A stretch of 64,000 bases of DNA. Source: Tubulanus polymorphus. Lineage: Eukaryota > Animalia > Nemertea. The translations under genes were made by a program, and so were the position numbers. The notes under the pieces were generated by a model that worked only from the letters and a program-made list of their open reading frames with translations, was not told the DNA's origin and did no database searches. The stretch covers positions 6,138,001 through 6,202,000 of the forward strand of contig NC_134028.1 of NCBI RefSeq assembly GCF_964204645.1. The letters are read 5' to 3'. Shown here one piece after another: positions 25,501 through 38,425 of this stretch. Position 1 is the first letter of the stretch. Each line of letters starts with the position of its first letter.

Positions 25501-28500
25501 AACTGGGTGTCGGGTTTCTTCCGAATTATGCCAGTTGTTTTTTAGATCGCGAATTCCCGCCAAGAATCGTTGAGGTTCCACTGTATTCGAATTTCCGTTC
25601 CCCTCCCCCGAAAAATGACATGTCGTGCCCCCCGAATACACTGATTATATCAACGGACACGTGAATCAGTTGCCTGTAGCTTTTTGTTTTAATGAATTAA
25701 TGTCACTAGCCGCACAAAATCCTAATCTGCAATATTCTAATGTTGCTTTCCCAACAGGAATTGACTGTCTGGACACACCATCTGATAGTAGTAGTCTTAT
25801 CAATGTAAGTACCCAATATTCCGTTTTCGTTAGGTGACAATAATTTTTTTTCATACACACACACTTCATTAAGTGAATAATTAAGGTCCAGCTAGTAAGA
25901 AAGGGAATTTTTACATTTTACAGTGGAACCTTACAACAAACACTAGCCAGACTGTTCCAGCTCACCCTCCCTTTTCAACTATATATCAACTGGCTACTGA
26001 GTTGATTGAGTCCAAATTTGCTGGTATATGATGATATGGGTATAACTAAAAAGATATGATTATGTCTTTATGTATTTTTGGTGTCACTGATGTCATCATA
26101 TTTCTGCCAGCCCAATCAAAATCCTAAAGCCTAGATCACTGGCCCTAACGATCAACCTCATAACCCAACTCTAGGTTCTAAGACTGTGGCCCAGCGGGTG
26201 GCACTATAGCTGCGATCACGCAAGCGTTTTAAGCCTGGGCCAAATTTGGCCAAACCATTTCTGTGTGATCGAAGCTCATAGCTCTGCTGGCCATGCTGGC
26301 CATTTCCAGAAACCCTACTAGTAGAACCTGTCATATCTTTTTTACGTTATCAATCTCTCATGGACAAGGGTTTATTCTCTTCACTAAGCCTGCTTTTACA
26401 GACCTATAATTATTCACATAGTATATATTCTCGATTCCCGCGTATATATACTTGTTAGTATTCCTCACGAAGTGTTATTTTGAATATCACCCGGATGTGT
26501 ATTATTTTAATGATGCCAGGTTCCTCGCGGTCGAAAAGTCTCTAGAAACACGAATCGATGTTTTCGCTGGTCAGATGCGTAACGTATTTGCATCACTTGT
26601 CAAGTTTGGAATGATATTCTAACAGCTCTGCATGCGTCGCGTAGTTCAATTGCGATGAAATTCATCGTTTTAGCCGTTAAGCCAACCTAACACGCATGTT
26701 GAAACATTTTGTGTTTGAGGTTCGATATGAAGAGTTTTGTTTTTAATGAAGTTTGATTTATTTAGTTCAGTTTAGTAACAACATCCATTTGCTGATCTTG
26801 AAGAATGATATTATGTTAACCAAATATTATTTCTGTTTATATTCTATTTGGTTTGTGTGCGGTCAAACTTCTAAGGAATCTTAATGATGCTACTCTTTAC
26901 AATGCAAATGGTTGTCTTCCCTTTCCCTTGATTTAAAAAAGAACAATTTTAAACTAAGTAGCCTGAAACAGTGAATTACTTCAGTCGAGAGTGATATGCT
27001 CTTTATTGTGCAGCGTCTTTTTTTCACCAAGAACTTCAAAATTTTCGATTCTTTGCCCTTGAATTTAGAAACAGCATTTTAGAATATGTAGATGTGTTAT
27101 GTGAATAAGAACGCTATGATATGATACACTGACTGTATGTGGTAAGGGTGGAATTTCAGCCGAGACACAATTGTTATTCCACCTGCGATAATTTGATCGA
27201 TGCACTGAGATAGCAAACCATCAGACTGATTGATATTAACATCATCAAAATTCCTCATTCATCCCGCACAGGCAGGTTCGCTTCCTCATCCATTCCTGTA
27301 CTGTCATATTCAGTCATTCATTCGTTCATAATCATTCTAACTCTTAATTGGTAAATTACTTTGTTCACTGCCTTGTTCGATTGCTCAAAATTAATGCTGT
27401 GTGTCTCATCAATCCGTGCAATGTGGATTGTCAAACTTCAGACATCACTGTCTTATCGGCCAGAAAACTTTTTATGTCAATTAGATTTTTTTTTAGTTGA
27501 GCGAATTAACATTACATTGTTTCAGGAATTTATGTTTTCAAAATATCAGAATTTTTATTTATCGAAGAGTATTTAATGACATTTATCTTAAATATTCATA
27601 CCCTGGTTGTACCAACGACAGATATTGCCGCGATCACACGGACATTGGGAAAAGATCAGGCCACCGTCAAATTTGGCCCATGCCTAATGAAAGAGGGCAT
27701 TCATACGTAAACCACTCCTTTGATACTAAATAATGCAGCAAAGTTGAATCATTTCTGGAACCAGTTGCAATACAATACGCAATAATTTGACCCACACTAA
27801 AATTTGGCTCAGGCCTGATGCTACGTTTTTGGTCGGGCCAAACAGGCACAGGCCCATTTGGCACCCATACAAGCAGTTGTTCCAGGCCAAAAAACGCTTG
27901 TGTGATCACGGCTAATGTTTTGAGGTCCATTTGCAAATTAAGAAATCAATGAGTTGAAATTCTTTTGGATGTTGAAATTTTTGGCAAAACAATTTAATAT
28001 TTTGATTTATTTTCAACCATTTCAGGATGTCGATCACTTGATAGACGTCGCCCGTTTAAAACCGTCCGGTTCAAGCAGTCCTAGAGGAGCCCTGGTCAGT
28101 TCTCCTAGCCCCTATTATGATCCGGCCCAAATATCGACCGACGAAGGCGTCACCGATCTGTCCAAAACGGAATCGAGCCAGACCGATTCCGACGTCCACC
28201 ACGGTGACTCCAACAAGTCGGTGAAACAGATCGCGCTCTGTTTCGAGAACACGCTCGAGCGTCTGTCGCACTCGCGATCGGCGCACAACCTAAACACGCT
28301 CGGACGCGGCAAGGAACCGCCTGGCCGCGTGAAACCGGCGTTTCTGCGCAAGGACAAAACGAAGATGAAAAAAAGCGTCACGTTCTCGGAGAACATCTCG
28401 TTGCTCGGCGGCAGCAACGTCGCATTGGAGAAACTCGGCTACGACTCCGACTACGACGAGGACACGAGCGACTCGTGCGACTCGACCGACGGACAAATAC

Positions 28501-28652
28501 GCTGTAGTCTGTGTCAGAAACGTCGAGTCGACCCCGGTGAGAATTACTGCCGCGATTGTCATTACTACATGTCGCGATTCCGACCGCGTTCGTCGTGTCA
28601 GAGCAGCGGCAGCGAAGATGACGACCCCGTACTGCGAGTGAAAATAGTCTAA
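1549..28652 (+). CDS. USP54: USP53/USP54-like (echinus-like) ubiquitin C-terminal hydrolase, ~1765 aa, 19 coding exons
   Basis: Exons with GT-AG boundaries and consistent phases: 1549-1644, 5019-5111, 6940-7074, 8039-8152, 11945-12024, 14154-14265, 14359-14416, 14843-14937, 15423-15572, 15799-16113, 18225-19605, 20021-20074, 20397-20516, 21647-21827, 22415-23775, 24074-24184, 24314-24481, 25758-25804, 28026-28652 (sum 5298 nt). Translation gives [32 protein letters not shown]...[42 protein letters not shown]...WIYFDD and [12 protein letters not shown], all diagnostic of USP53/54. The small exons in the low-complexity C-terminal half are less certain. It is probably a co-ortholog of vertebrate USP53 and USP54. 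Confidence 0.93.
2119..2408. mobile_element. Fold-back insertion, probably a Penelope-like element pseudo-LTR remnant
   Basis: Near-perfect inverted arms at 2117-2202 and 2289-2375. It is flanked by a 13-bp duplication, caaacagtttctg (2106-2118) and caaacagttactg (2409-2421). It is absent from the other family A copies and contains hammerhead motifs. Confidence 0.75.
2262..2305 (+). ncRNA. Minimal type I hammerhead ribozyme motif (Penelope-type)
   Basis: CTGACGA (2268-2274), T, stem II GGCTA/acagtcga/TAGCC, GAAAC (2294-2298), then a GTC cleavage triplet (2299-2301) with a palindromic ACGT helix III. Stem I is only ~2 bp. A mirror copy with core CTGTTGA lies on the - strand at ~2186-2232. Confidence 0.6.
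7119..7284. mobile_element. Short MITE-like inverted-repeat element
   Basis: aagccca...gaaacagaaacagggaaaca at the left end pairs with tgtttcctgtttctgcgtttccctg...tgggctt at the right end. Confidence 0.5.
7957..8022 (+). repeat. (ATT)n-derived microsatellite with a duplicated 25-bp unit
   Basis: tattattactcttattattattctc occurs twice, just upstream of the USP exon 4 acceptor. Confidence 0.8.
16228..16372 (+). mobile_element. hAT-like MITE family A, copy 2 (partial)
   Basis: cagtgtgaccactt...tcagggaaatttgtcgagattgc...aaatcaaacagtttc...tacgtatttg...catgtcagggaaa matches copy 1. Confidence 0.7.
19709..19824. mobile_element. Short TIR element (GGCCAGTT...AACTGGCC family, Harbinger/Kolobok-like MITE)
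   Basis: ggccagttgctcaaaa...ttttcagcaactggcc with an internal palindrome. Related short elements lie at ~30016-30129, 30670-30800, 32176-32294, 42774-42859 and 53729-53853. Confidence 0.7.
21877..22157 (+). mobile_element. MITE family B (Harbinger-like), copy 1
   Basis: TIR agccgtgatcacac...gtgtgatcacggct with ATA on both flanks. The internal gagggc-ttcatacgtaaaccactc is shared with the copy at 27627. Confidence 0.75.
23126..23222 (+). repeat. Coding 12-bp tandem repeat ([16 protein letters not shown])
   Basis: caacaagctgct-caacaagccgct-cagcagtcagct-... about 8 units within USP exon 15. Confidence 0.85.
23816..23985 (+). mobile_element. hAT-like MITE family A, copy 3
   Basis: caaggtggccacttacctggaaatcagggg...cagtttctgtctatgtc...tcaagtcagggaaaaca. 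It shows the empty site corresponding to the copy 1 insertion. Confidence 0.75.
27627..27913 (+). mobile_element. MITE family B, copy 2
   Basis: gccgcgatcacac...gtgtgatcacggct, homologous throughout to 21877-22157. A short derivative lies at ~26208-26275. Confidence 0.75.
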
Positions 28653-31600
28653 TTCAAAGAAAAAAAGTCGTCGCTCGTTTTGTGTTCATTGTAGCTAATC
28701 GTATAAGAGATGTTATTATCACCTATAAAAATGTGTATATACGAATATTGACGATTATTTTAATAATTGTATTAGGATTTTATGATGATATTGATCGTCG
28801 GAAACTGACGACAAACTTTCGTGAGGTATTCGTTTTAGGCAGACGTCGATTTTAAATGTATATAGATAAATCGGATTTAGAAATTCCATGCTCTATTTTT
28901 CGAAATCGCTGTAGTCTGCTGGTTACTTTGTATATATCGGGGGTTATTTTCGGAGGGTGCCGTTCATCCTCTGATCACCGGGATCTGTGTTTTATCCGTA
29001 CTGAAAAATCTGCGTTGTACGATGTATATGCTTTAAAATTATATGACACTAGTGCATTCGTTGTTCGCGTATTTCATGTTTTAGAAAAAAGTTCCAGTTA
29101 AAAAACTTGGTTCTCTTCATTGAGAAAAGTTCTACTTTGAGATTTGTATATTGACCATCTGAATTGATGCTGAAATATTAAGGAAACACTGCCATTTATT
29201 CGCGAACAGAGGTCCTGGTTTTTAAACGCATTTTTTATTGAAACACTGAATATTTTTTTTTTAATCGTTTTATTCATATTAGTTACCGTGGATATATCTT
29301 ATTCTTTTAAAATAACTGAAAAATCATGAGAATTTTGTCAAGAAAAATGTATTGGCTTTTTATGCACCGTGTATGGGTACTAATTTAACCCTTTCAATTC
29401 CATTGATCAGCATATGTACTTTGAAGGCTCGATTTCATATGATAAGAATTAAAAATCTTGTAAGTAATTCAGTAAAAATCAGTAAAGTATGTTATAAAAA
29501 GATCAGCAAAATTATGAATCAGAGGAATATGGTACATTTCATGTCTGTCCGGTATTCTGTGAAATTCTGTAAAATTTTGTCGATTATTTCAGCTGTTAAA
29601 TTAGGCATTGTTGTATCCTTCTGATGTTGTTTATCCGTCCTTGGTGAATTTTCTCTTCAACACACTTCTGTCCAGAACTCAAAAACAGTTTTTGACGTCC
29701 AACATAAATTAGATATATTTATATATAATATATAAATAGATAGATATCCATTGTGTTTTAATTGCCTGTAGATTAGCTACTTATCTGATTCCTGTAGAAA
29801 AATGTGATTTCACTTTCATTCGTCCAAAGTTGATAATGTTAAACTCTAGAAATTAAAGATGTTGGGAAGGAAAAAATGGTTAAATGCTAATTGTATATGT
29901 CTATCTTTGTTGTAAAATATTGACTACTGTCTCTCGCAAATGACTTCTCGAAATGCGGCATTATTCCTGGAAACCTGGGTATTTGAATTCAACTTAAGCG
30001 TTGTTCTAAAACTCGGGATCTAGTTCCACAGTTCTGAGGTCTTGTTCACTCTGAGTTACAATTAAGATGGTTAAGTTCATTTTCGATGTTTTAACTCGAG
30101 TCTTAGCTCACAACTGAGGAACTGGGTCTTGGGTTTAAATGAAAATCCGACTTTAACTAAGGTGTCATGAACTTACTAAACAACCCTGGAACTGTTTTTG
30201 TACCTCTGAAAGGGCCAAATACAGATAATCCTAACGTATAGTTCATTTTTGCGCGGAGAAAGTTTTTAGTGATATAACCGGTAAATTTCAGCTCTCAATC
30301 CATCCACAATTTCCTGCCTATCAAAGTACATTGTAGTATAGTTACTGTATATGATGCTTAGATTCTGTTTGTTTTAGAAATAACGAAACTTTCTTGTTGC
30401 TGTGGCGCTCGTTCCGAGTCGATACAATCGACGACAGTTCCTAGTTCGTCGATAGCCGCAGATAGTAGTGTTTGGCCACATTTCTGTTGGTGGTGAAAAA
30501 AAATATTTATTATTCGTATTGTAAATTATTATTTGTTGAAGTTGCATTTTGTAGAATGATATGCATACACAATGTACAAGAAGGAATCTCCAGGTATGTT
30601 ACAATGCTAAGTGATAGTTAGTGATTAGAAGTCTGAATCATCAGAGTCAATAGTAGTTTTTCAGGAGCTGGAGCCAATTTCACAAAAAAGCTTAACTCAG
30701 ATTTTTGGTGTAATTGCCATTGGTTACTTCATGTTTTCGATGAGGACAACAATTAAAACTTATCCGTTTTTGGCTTACACTTTTTCGTGAAACTAGGCCC
30801 TGAAGTCTAAATTGAGTGACATAAGAAATGATTCTGGACTTAAACTCAAAATTCAGGACTATCATAATTTGACCTTGCTGATTCATTCTTCTATTGGCTG
30901 GCCGTCCAGTGCAGCATTATTATATCTAATGTAAACAATAAAAAGAAACATCTCGGCTTTTTTGAAAAATCATCGTTTAAAGCTCGCGTAAAATAGAATA
31001 TGTGCTATGTCTAGTCAGTCAAATCACCACACAGATTTTTCTATTTCGGTTTTTTGATAAAAGAACATGTATTTTGGTCAATTATATTCAATAATCGCAA
31101 TCTTAATTAAAGGAAAACATATACTTATATATCTTATATTGATATAAAATGAATGTGTGCGTGTGTATAGAGATATAGCGGTGAATTAACTTTTCTAAAC
31201 ATTGTGTAGATATTTCTAAAAATGTACATTATACAAGATACGTGAAACATATCATTAAATTCCACATATCTGGCGTCTTAAAAATGTTTATAAAGAAAAA
31301 ACATACGAAAATAAATTTACCTAAAAATTTAATGTTTTGTTGAGGTTATTCTTTGAGTTTAAGATCTAAGGGTGCCCTTCATGAGGGTATCGACTCGGGC
31401 ACAGGTGTCCTATGTTAGAAGCTTGTCCACATTGATATTCTACTAGGGAAGCTGGATGGAGTTTTCTTGGTTTAGTACTGATTCTGGGTAGAGGAATTCA
31501 TCCCAGGTTTAGTTCACAGAAACGTCAAGAAGTTTGGTGGCAGCACCTGATGGTCCCCTAGCGAGATAACTGTGAACTAATGTTAGATGTGCAGCGATGC

Positions 31601-33345
31601 GAATGGGTAGATTTTTCTATTAATGGTGACCTAAACTAGGTGGCAGCACCATACAGTCCCCTAGTGGAATTTCTATGAACTAATAATACAATGCTGAAGA
31701 TCAAATATCGCTAGTCCACTGAAAACTCACTAGGGGGCCACCTTGTTTTCGATAGCCCACAGATTTTGAAAATACATACTACTGTGCAGTACACGTGGAT
31801 ACCAGGAGACATGTCATTCCTGCTGCAGTTAGCGTTGAGCTAGCCGCGATGATTACCCTACCCTCAGCAGTGAGTTTGAACGGAGTGGAAAATGTAGCCA
31901 TCGAGCTCCCTAACGGCTTGCCGATCAGAAATACACCACGAACAATGAGCATTGAATTAGTTATGTCATTATTTCTGTAATTCAGATATAATAAATACAT
32001 CCATTTTCAAAATTAACAGCGATAAACATAAATTATTTGTTATACACATGTAGGTAATTATTCAAATATTGTGTGGTAATTCACAATAAGGTGAAAAAAC
32101 AGGGCAGTTTTTAACCGAACAAACAAAGCAATGAATATGGAATATAATGACACACAGTTCATAAAACTTCATCAGGACCCAGTTTCCCAGTTGTGTTGGA
32201 TAAAATTTGACTCAAAACGTTAGAATAAGTTAATTTCTGATGGTTTAACAGTTTAATTAGTTAAATTCTAACCCACAACTGAAAAACTGGCTCCGGGACA
32301 ATTAATTTGAATAAATAAATATTAAGTCTTCAACATTAAACACCTATGTGCAAAATGCATGACAACTCAAGTCAAGACACAGCCTACTGTGGAATTACGT
32401 CTTGAATGTCCTAAAAACATACAGTTAAAACTTTAATCTTACTCTTGGGATATTTTAATGATTTCACTTAATCTACCAACGACCCCATTCACTTCCATAT
32501 GGAATCTTTAGAGTTGGTGCGCTTTTGTTTTTTGTGATTGCACAACACAAATGGATATTCTTCTACCTGTTGGATTAATCTATTTAGAGGATACAGCAAT
32601 ATCCCTTGTCACAATTCTCAACTTCAACAGACACCCAAAATCAGTGGTTATGGCCGATGTTCATCGTGAAGAACTTATTTCATATTTGGGTCAGAGTTTT
32701 CAAATAAATCATTTAATCCAAGTTTGTTTCGCGGTTTCACTGTATCTTAAAGTTTTTCCAAAAATTAGCGCCGATAAGACTAATAAATTAGAAAAGAACC
32801 TAAAACTAAAAACAGCCACAACACATTTATAACCCGACTGGTTCATCTCTTATCTATAGAAAACTGCCTAGAACGTAGTACGTATTTCTAGACACATAAA
32901 TGTTATTAATCTATGTTACAAATGTATGACATTCACAGGACTGAGAACAAAATTCATTTGCATCCGTTTTAGCAGTAGTTGTTACTGTTAACTGTTAACT
33001 GTTAAAACAGACGCAAACATTTCTCGAGTCGTGGACATTATTTTTTTTTACAGATTTCGATTAATATGTGTATTTACATCGGTAAATGATCAATAATCAT
33101 GACCTCAAATTCACAATCAAACACACCACATCTTCTCAAGTTATGAGTTTCCTATCAAAGTAAGTGCTGTTTTCTGTGCCAGAAATCTAACACAGTTTCT
33201 ACAGTGTTATTTTACAGAGTTACCGTCACTAACTTGTCATTTAAACTAAAATCATTTCTTTTTAAAATGCAGAAATAGAACTCATGAGTGAATAGTCGTC
33301 AAAAGAAATATTTGCTCACAAGCCACAAGTTTGACACATGTTTAA

Positions 33346-33587
33346 CCCTTTCAAAGCTTCTACACCACAGTGCGGTGTATAAATTGCTGGGACTTAGTTA
33401 GTACACCGCATCGGGGTGTAATGATGTTAACAGTAATTCGTTTTTATTGCCATTGAAAGATAGCAGCATGCATGTCAAACAGTGAAACCCTGCACCACAG
33501 TGTAGACGCACTAGAGCGGTGTGCCTTATATTCAACACACTGAGGTGGAATTTTTCTAATTCAGCTCTTTCGGGTATGGTCAAAGGG
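33346..33587 (+). mobile_element. piggyBac-type MITE family C, copy 1
   Basis: TTAA|CCCTTT...AAAGGG|TTAA (TTAA at 33342-33345 and 33588-33591). The internal gtgcggtgtataaat...tagtacaccgca is shared with the copies at 56285-56381(-) and 61741-61990. Confidence 0.8.
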
Positions 33588-35170
33588 TTAACAGTTGATG
33601 AAATAACCAGGGATGAAAAGTTACCTAAATTTACAACATTATAGCCCGACTTAACCGTTATCCCAATCCTTCATTGTATGCTAGTCGTTTAGGTAATTTT
33701 TTTATCCCTGGATATAAAATAATTCATGTTACGTTCAATTCATATCAAGGCCCTGTTCGATATGAGTCGAAACACACATAAATGGAGAACATTTTACAAG
33801 GAATACAAAAGTTCTGATAGGTACATTAATAGAGTCTGTATTTACAAATGACATCAGGGTAAAAATTTAGGTTTTTTCAAACATATCTGGTAGAAACCTT
33901 ACTTAGCCGCACCTCACGAACATCTATCTACCAGTATATTACAAGACTAACTGAGAGAGAAAATGTTTAAGCCAGATTATATATGGACCGCAATATAATT
34001 TTAAAACAAATAAACATTGTTGTTAAGATGAATATATTAAATTTCCATGATTCGAAAGTTCAGAAATCAACTGATTTCTGCACAGAAAACCGGGCTGCAT
34101 TTTAAAAACCATTGTTAGCCTATTGCGGTGAATAACGGCAATATACAGAGCATTTTAAAACCAGAATTATCTGAAATTTGTCCGATCACTCGGACGAGCT
34201 AAGATGGCTTGGAAAAATGCGGCCGTTAGCCAGTATTCAATATCGATACAATATTCAAATGATACAAAATTCAAGACAAACCAACAGTGCATTCGTGTTT
34301 CATTTTTCGAAGATATAAGCTTCGCTGTTTTTAAAAAAACCATCGAGACCTCATTATTATTTGACCAGTAACTGGACACTGACCAGCCGATCGCGTATCA
34401 CAGAAATAACGAACGTTTCGAAATTCAAACTGTGAATTAACACGCACGCACGCTCGACACAAAAATCACACGCATTCACACACATTTTGACAACAAATTT
34501 TTGTCGAGATTTCTGAGTGTCCTAGAATCCTAATGATGTACAGTTCACAATCTCTACCTTTAGAAAACAGTTCGATATCAGAAACCAAATCCAAGTCCCT
34601 ATGGCATTTAGGCGAGACCAGAAATAGTTATTTTCTAATCTGGGCCCAGTTCATGAAGGCAAGGACCCAGTTTCACAGTTTGGCATCAAAAAGACAAGTA
34701 CGACAAGATAAGACTCACAACTGTAGAGCGAGGCCCAGTTTTATCCTGGTCCTGGGTTAATTATTCGTCACTCGAGTTTTAGACAAAGGTGTGGCATATA
34801 AATTTTTAAATTGGAACTGGTTTTGCTAGGTTCTGATTCGGCACTAAACAGTTCAGATGCAACATTACAAAACAATGCATCATTCGAAATGAAATTGATT
34901 TTAGAACTGGTTTTTGACATATGCCACAGGCACATGGATCCTTTACGGAAACAGACATCTATTAAGTGACGAGATTGATCCGTGTCTTTCTCTGTATTGT
35001 GATTAACGAAACGAAATCGATGTGTGTTCCCTTAATCAGCTACATAGCAACTGATATGTGTGAGTTCGACACTACCGTTCCCCATCGACGAAGGGATTCC
35101 ATATAAAAAATTTAACAGAGTTCGTACATGTGCAAGACCGCAACGGCGCAATAGAGGGCGGTGTCGTGAA

Positions 35171-38100
35171 TCATGAATAAAGTCTTTCTAATGCATCACA
35201 GTTCGGCGTTTTCATATTCTGTGCCCGTTCGTACATTTTGCGATCGTTATAATTGCGAGCTCGCCATATTAATGTTTCTTCTATAAAAGACAAACGATAA
35301 AAATTCTTAAGTGAAGAGAATATTCCTAGCAAGTCAACCCTTATTTGACAGCCACTCTTAGTATTGCAATTTTGCAAAAATTTGGTTCATTCGTTGTCAA
35401 TTAAAACGATGTTCAGTTATCTGCCACCTTTATCTGGTCGCAACAGTAACAGATAATCAGAAGTTAACCATCAACCCAGGATCCCAACAGATCAGTCATT
35501 CCTGGATATAAGGAGTTTTCAAGGGTGTTTTAAAGGAGAAAATTTCAAATTACTAAGAAGTGTCTGTATCACTTTCATATTCTGATTACATAAGACTCCT
35601 ATATACTTACTATAATTACGTTCCCTGAAACAGTTTTGTCGTAAATTACTAACGTATTCCTCTTCTACTTGTCTATCTATTTTATATATACTGCCTTTAT
35701 ATTGCGACGTAAAATCAGGCTGCACGTAATACGTTATATGTAAATCAGACGTCTGCCTCGCTATTGTGTATTTACTGAAACAAAACAAAATAAATGCATT
35801 AGAACGACTAATTGAATACCACGACTATTGAATACCATTGGCAGACGGCAAAAGATGGTCGAATTTTTCTTATAGGAGAATTAAACCTACCTAGTCTTTT
35901 GCAAGCTGAAGGCCGGGTCGCCGACTAACCAGCTACCCATGAAAGACAGTAAAACTAGGATGATTATTGGAGCTAATTGGACTAGAAGTATGTAGCCACT
36001 CTGAAATTAAAGACAGACACATCAGCTTCGAGTTATCAATACGATTATACGCAAACAGTCGCTTTTCATTTTACCTCTTCGCGTTGTTGACTTTGTTGAG
36101 GGTTGTGTCGTCTTTGGCGAGAATGTCTGTACAAGTTAGTGGCTGAAATGAACACAGTAAACAGTCATAACATACCGAAAACATATTTTGATTTTTTCTC
36201 ATTTGAATTCAGTTCAGTTATACTTACATCCAAATCCACCTCCAAAAAACATGTTGAATAGTTCCTCTGCCGATATGTCAGCTGAAACCAAGAGAAAAAC
36301 AGTGAATTTGTGTTTGTTGTTGATGTAGAAAGAACATTTTGAATTGTGCTTTAGAAATATGTGATTAAAAAGATTTTCTAAGGCACATTTTCAGAATTTG
36401 AGGGGCCAACTCAGAATTTGAGTTTTTGTACCCTAAAAATTCCAAAATACTATTTTGAGGGTTTGTTTTGGTGACTTTATTCACCTTAGTTACCTAAACA
36501 AACCCTCAATATTGGATTTTGGAATTTTAGGGGGGCCGTACTAAACCTGTAACAAAATTAATTTCAAACCGAAACATAAAACGACGCGTACCTTCGAAAC
36601 CGCCTCTAGTGTAATCATAGTATTCATAACCGTCTGTGTGTGAGCCACGTCGTCGCATGTTGTTCGATTGAGTCGACTCTTCACCGTACAAGTCGTAACG
36701 TTGTTTCTTTTCCGGGTCGTTCAAAACGGCGAAGGCGTTTCCGATAGCTGCAAAAATAATCAGATAACAGAACGAATGTTGTCGTAACTGGCAACTTTTC
36801 GAAGCTTTCATTTTGATTCTTATTTCTATCTATTACCCCCGACGTTTTCACTGACTCAATCTGCGCTGCTAAGAATTCAATCAATTAACGCAGTCAAATA
36901 CATAAGACAAAGACAGAAACTGTTTTATTATGCATGACTTAGCACAATCACAACATATTCCCTGACTTCTCCCTGAGTTTCATACTTTACAAAAATCCCT
37001 GATTTTTTCAGAAAACAGAAAAATCCCTGACTTTTCCCTGATTTCCAGCTAAGTGGCCACCCGGTTTTATCAACTTGCTGCTAGCTTGATCCACTCAGCC
37101 GTTTCTGAAGCAAGTTCCATAGAAATAGAAGTCTGGAGTTCTGAATGTCTTATTGAAAACTGACTAATCGTAACCTGAGGAAGAATCGCACCTGTTTTTT
37201 TTCATTCATGCACCGTTCAAAATGAACCCATTTGCTAAAATCTAAATTAAAATATATACCTTTGAAAGCTTCCGTAGCTCCAGGGGCTTTATTTTTGTCG
37301 GGATGCATTTGAAGGGCGAGTTTCCGATACGCTTTTTTTAGATCATTTTCGGATGTATCTCGCCCTACGCCGAGAATCTGATAATAATCTTTGCATCTCT
37401 TCACCCTGAAAACAAAAAGAAAATCAACTGAGATTCAAATAAAGTGCAAGATAGCAAGATCTTAGTCTGATATTGATAATACAGCGAAACCTAATCCAGA
37501 TGAGTTCAACGAATGAATATCTGAATATGGGTTTATTCTAAGTCTACTTAGTAAAACCAACCTTTTTACGGCTTCTAGCTGTTCCGGAGTATAATCCTTA
37601 GCCGCTGTGGACTCCGTCTTGGCACTGTCGCGTTGTTGTTCGGAATTTACGGACGATGAAGAGTTCTGTCTCGATGAAGATGAGAACGGCTGCCGTTGTC
37701 GAGGCCCGTTTTCACTTGTCGGACTGTCTGCATCTGAAGTAGCATCGCCGTTTGTTTGTTTGTGTTGAAGTCGTTCTAAAAGTTCTGAAATCGTGAACCA
37801 AAAAAATATTTAATAGAATTTGTGAAGTACCTGTTCAATTAAGGTGAATTGATTAACCTTTCCTAAAAATTAGCTTTTGAATATATTTAATTAACTAAAC
37901 TTAAGGTATGTCCGAGAAATGTTAGGTAGCCGGTAGGTAGATGGGTTAGGTTTGGCCCAAGACGTTGTTTGGAAACAATAGCCAGTAACAAGTCTCGGCA
38001 GACTTTTTAGAAATAATATGTACGTAGAGATAAATAATTTTAAGTTTCCAGTCTTTCATGTTTCTTGTCAGGCCAATGGCAACAGAGTCGGGCGGATTTT

Positions 38101-38425
38101 CAGCAATGTTTTCTTTCTATAAATTCATGCAACTGCTAGATATTCTAAAGGAGAAACTAAATCATTTTCGCTTTAGTGCTGACGATGAATCGGAACTGGG
38201 GGATGTAGACTTAAAAATGTTTTTTGTTGGAATTCCCATTTCAGATTTCTGAAATTCCCCCAGCATCCAAAGGAGGCGAAAAGTGCAGGTACCTTTGGCT
38301 CTATTCGACGGATAGAGTTTTTCTGCTTTATTTAAGAATTTCAGCGCTCGTTCGATATCGCCCGTATTGATGGCTTTAATCGCTATATTGATGCATTTTT
38401 CGCTGTCATCTTTATTGCCGTCCAT
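35171..38425 (-). CDS. DNAJB12: DnaJ homolog subfamily B member 12/14 (ER-membrane J-protein), ~387 aa, 9 exons
   Basis: Exons on -: 38425-38293, 37784-37562, 37405-37260, 36747-36592, 36281-36228, 36142-36075, 36000-35891, 35774-35611, 35280-35171 (1164 nt). Motifs: [11 protein letters not shown]...[38 protein letters not shown]-domain [40 protein letters not shown], a transmembrane segment, and the DUF1977-type [16 protein letters not shown]. Confidence 0.95.
36855..37064 (-). mobile_element. hAT-like MITE family A, copy 4 (inverted)
   Basis: Reverse complement of family A: aatcaattaacgcagtcaaatac...gacagaaactg...ccctgatttccagctaagtggccacc. Confidence 0.75.
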
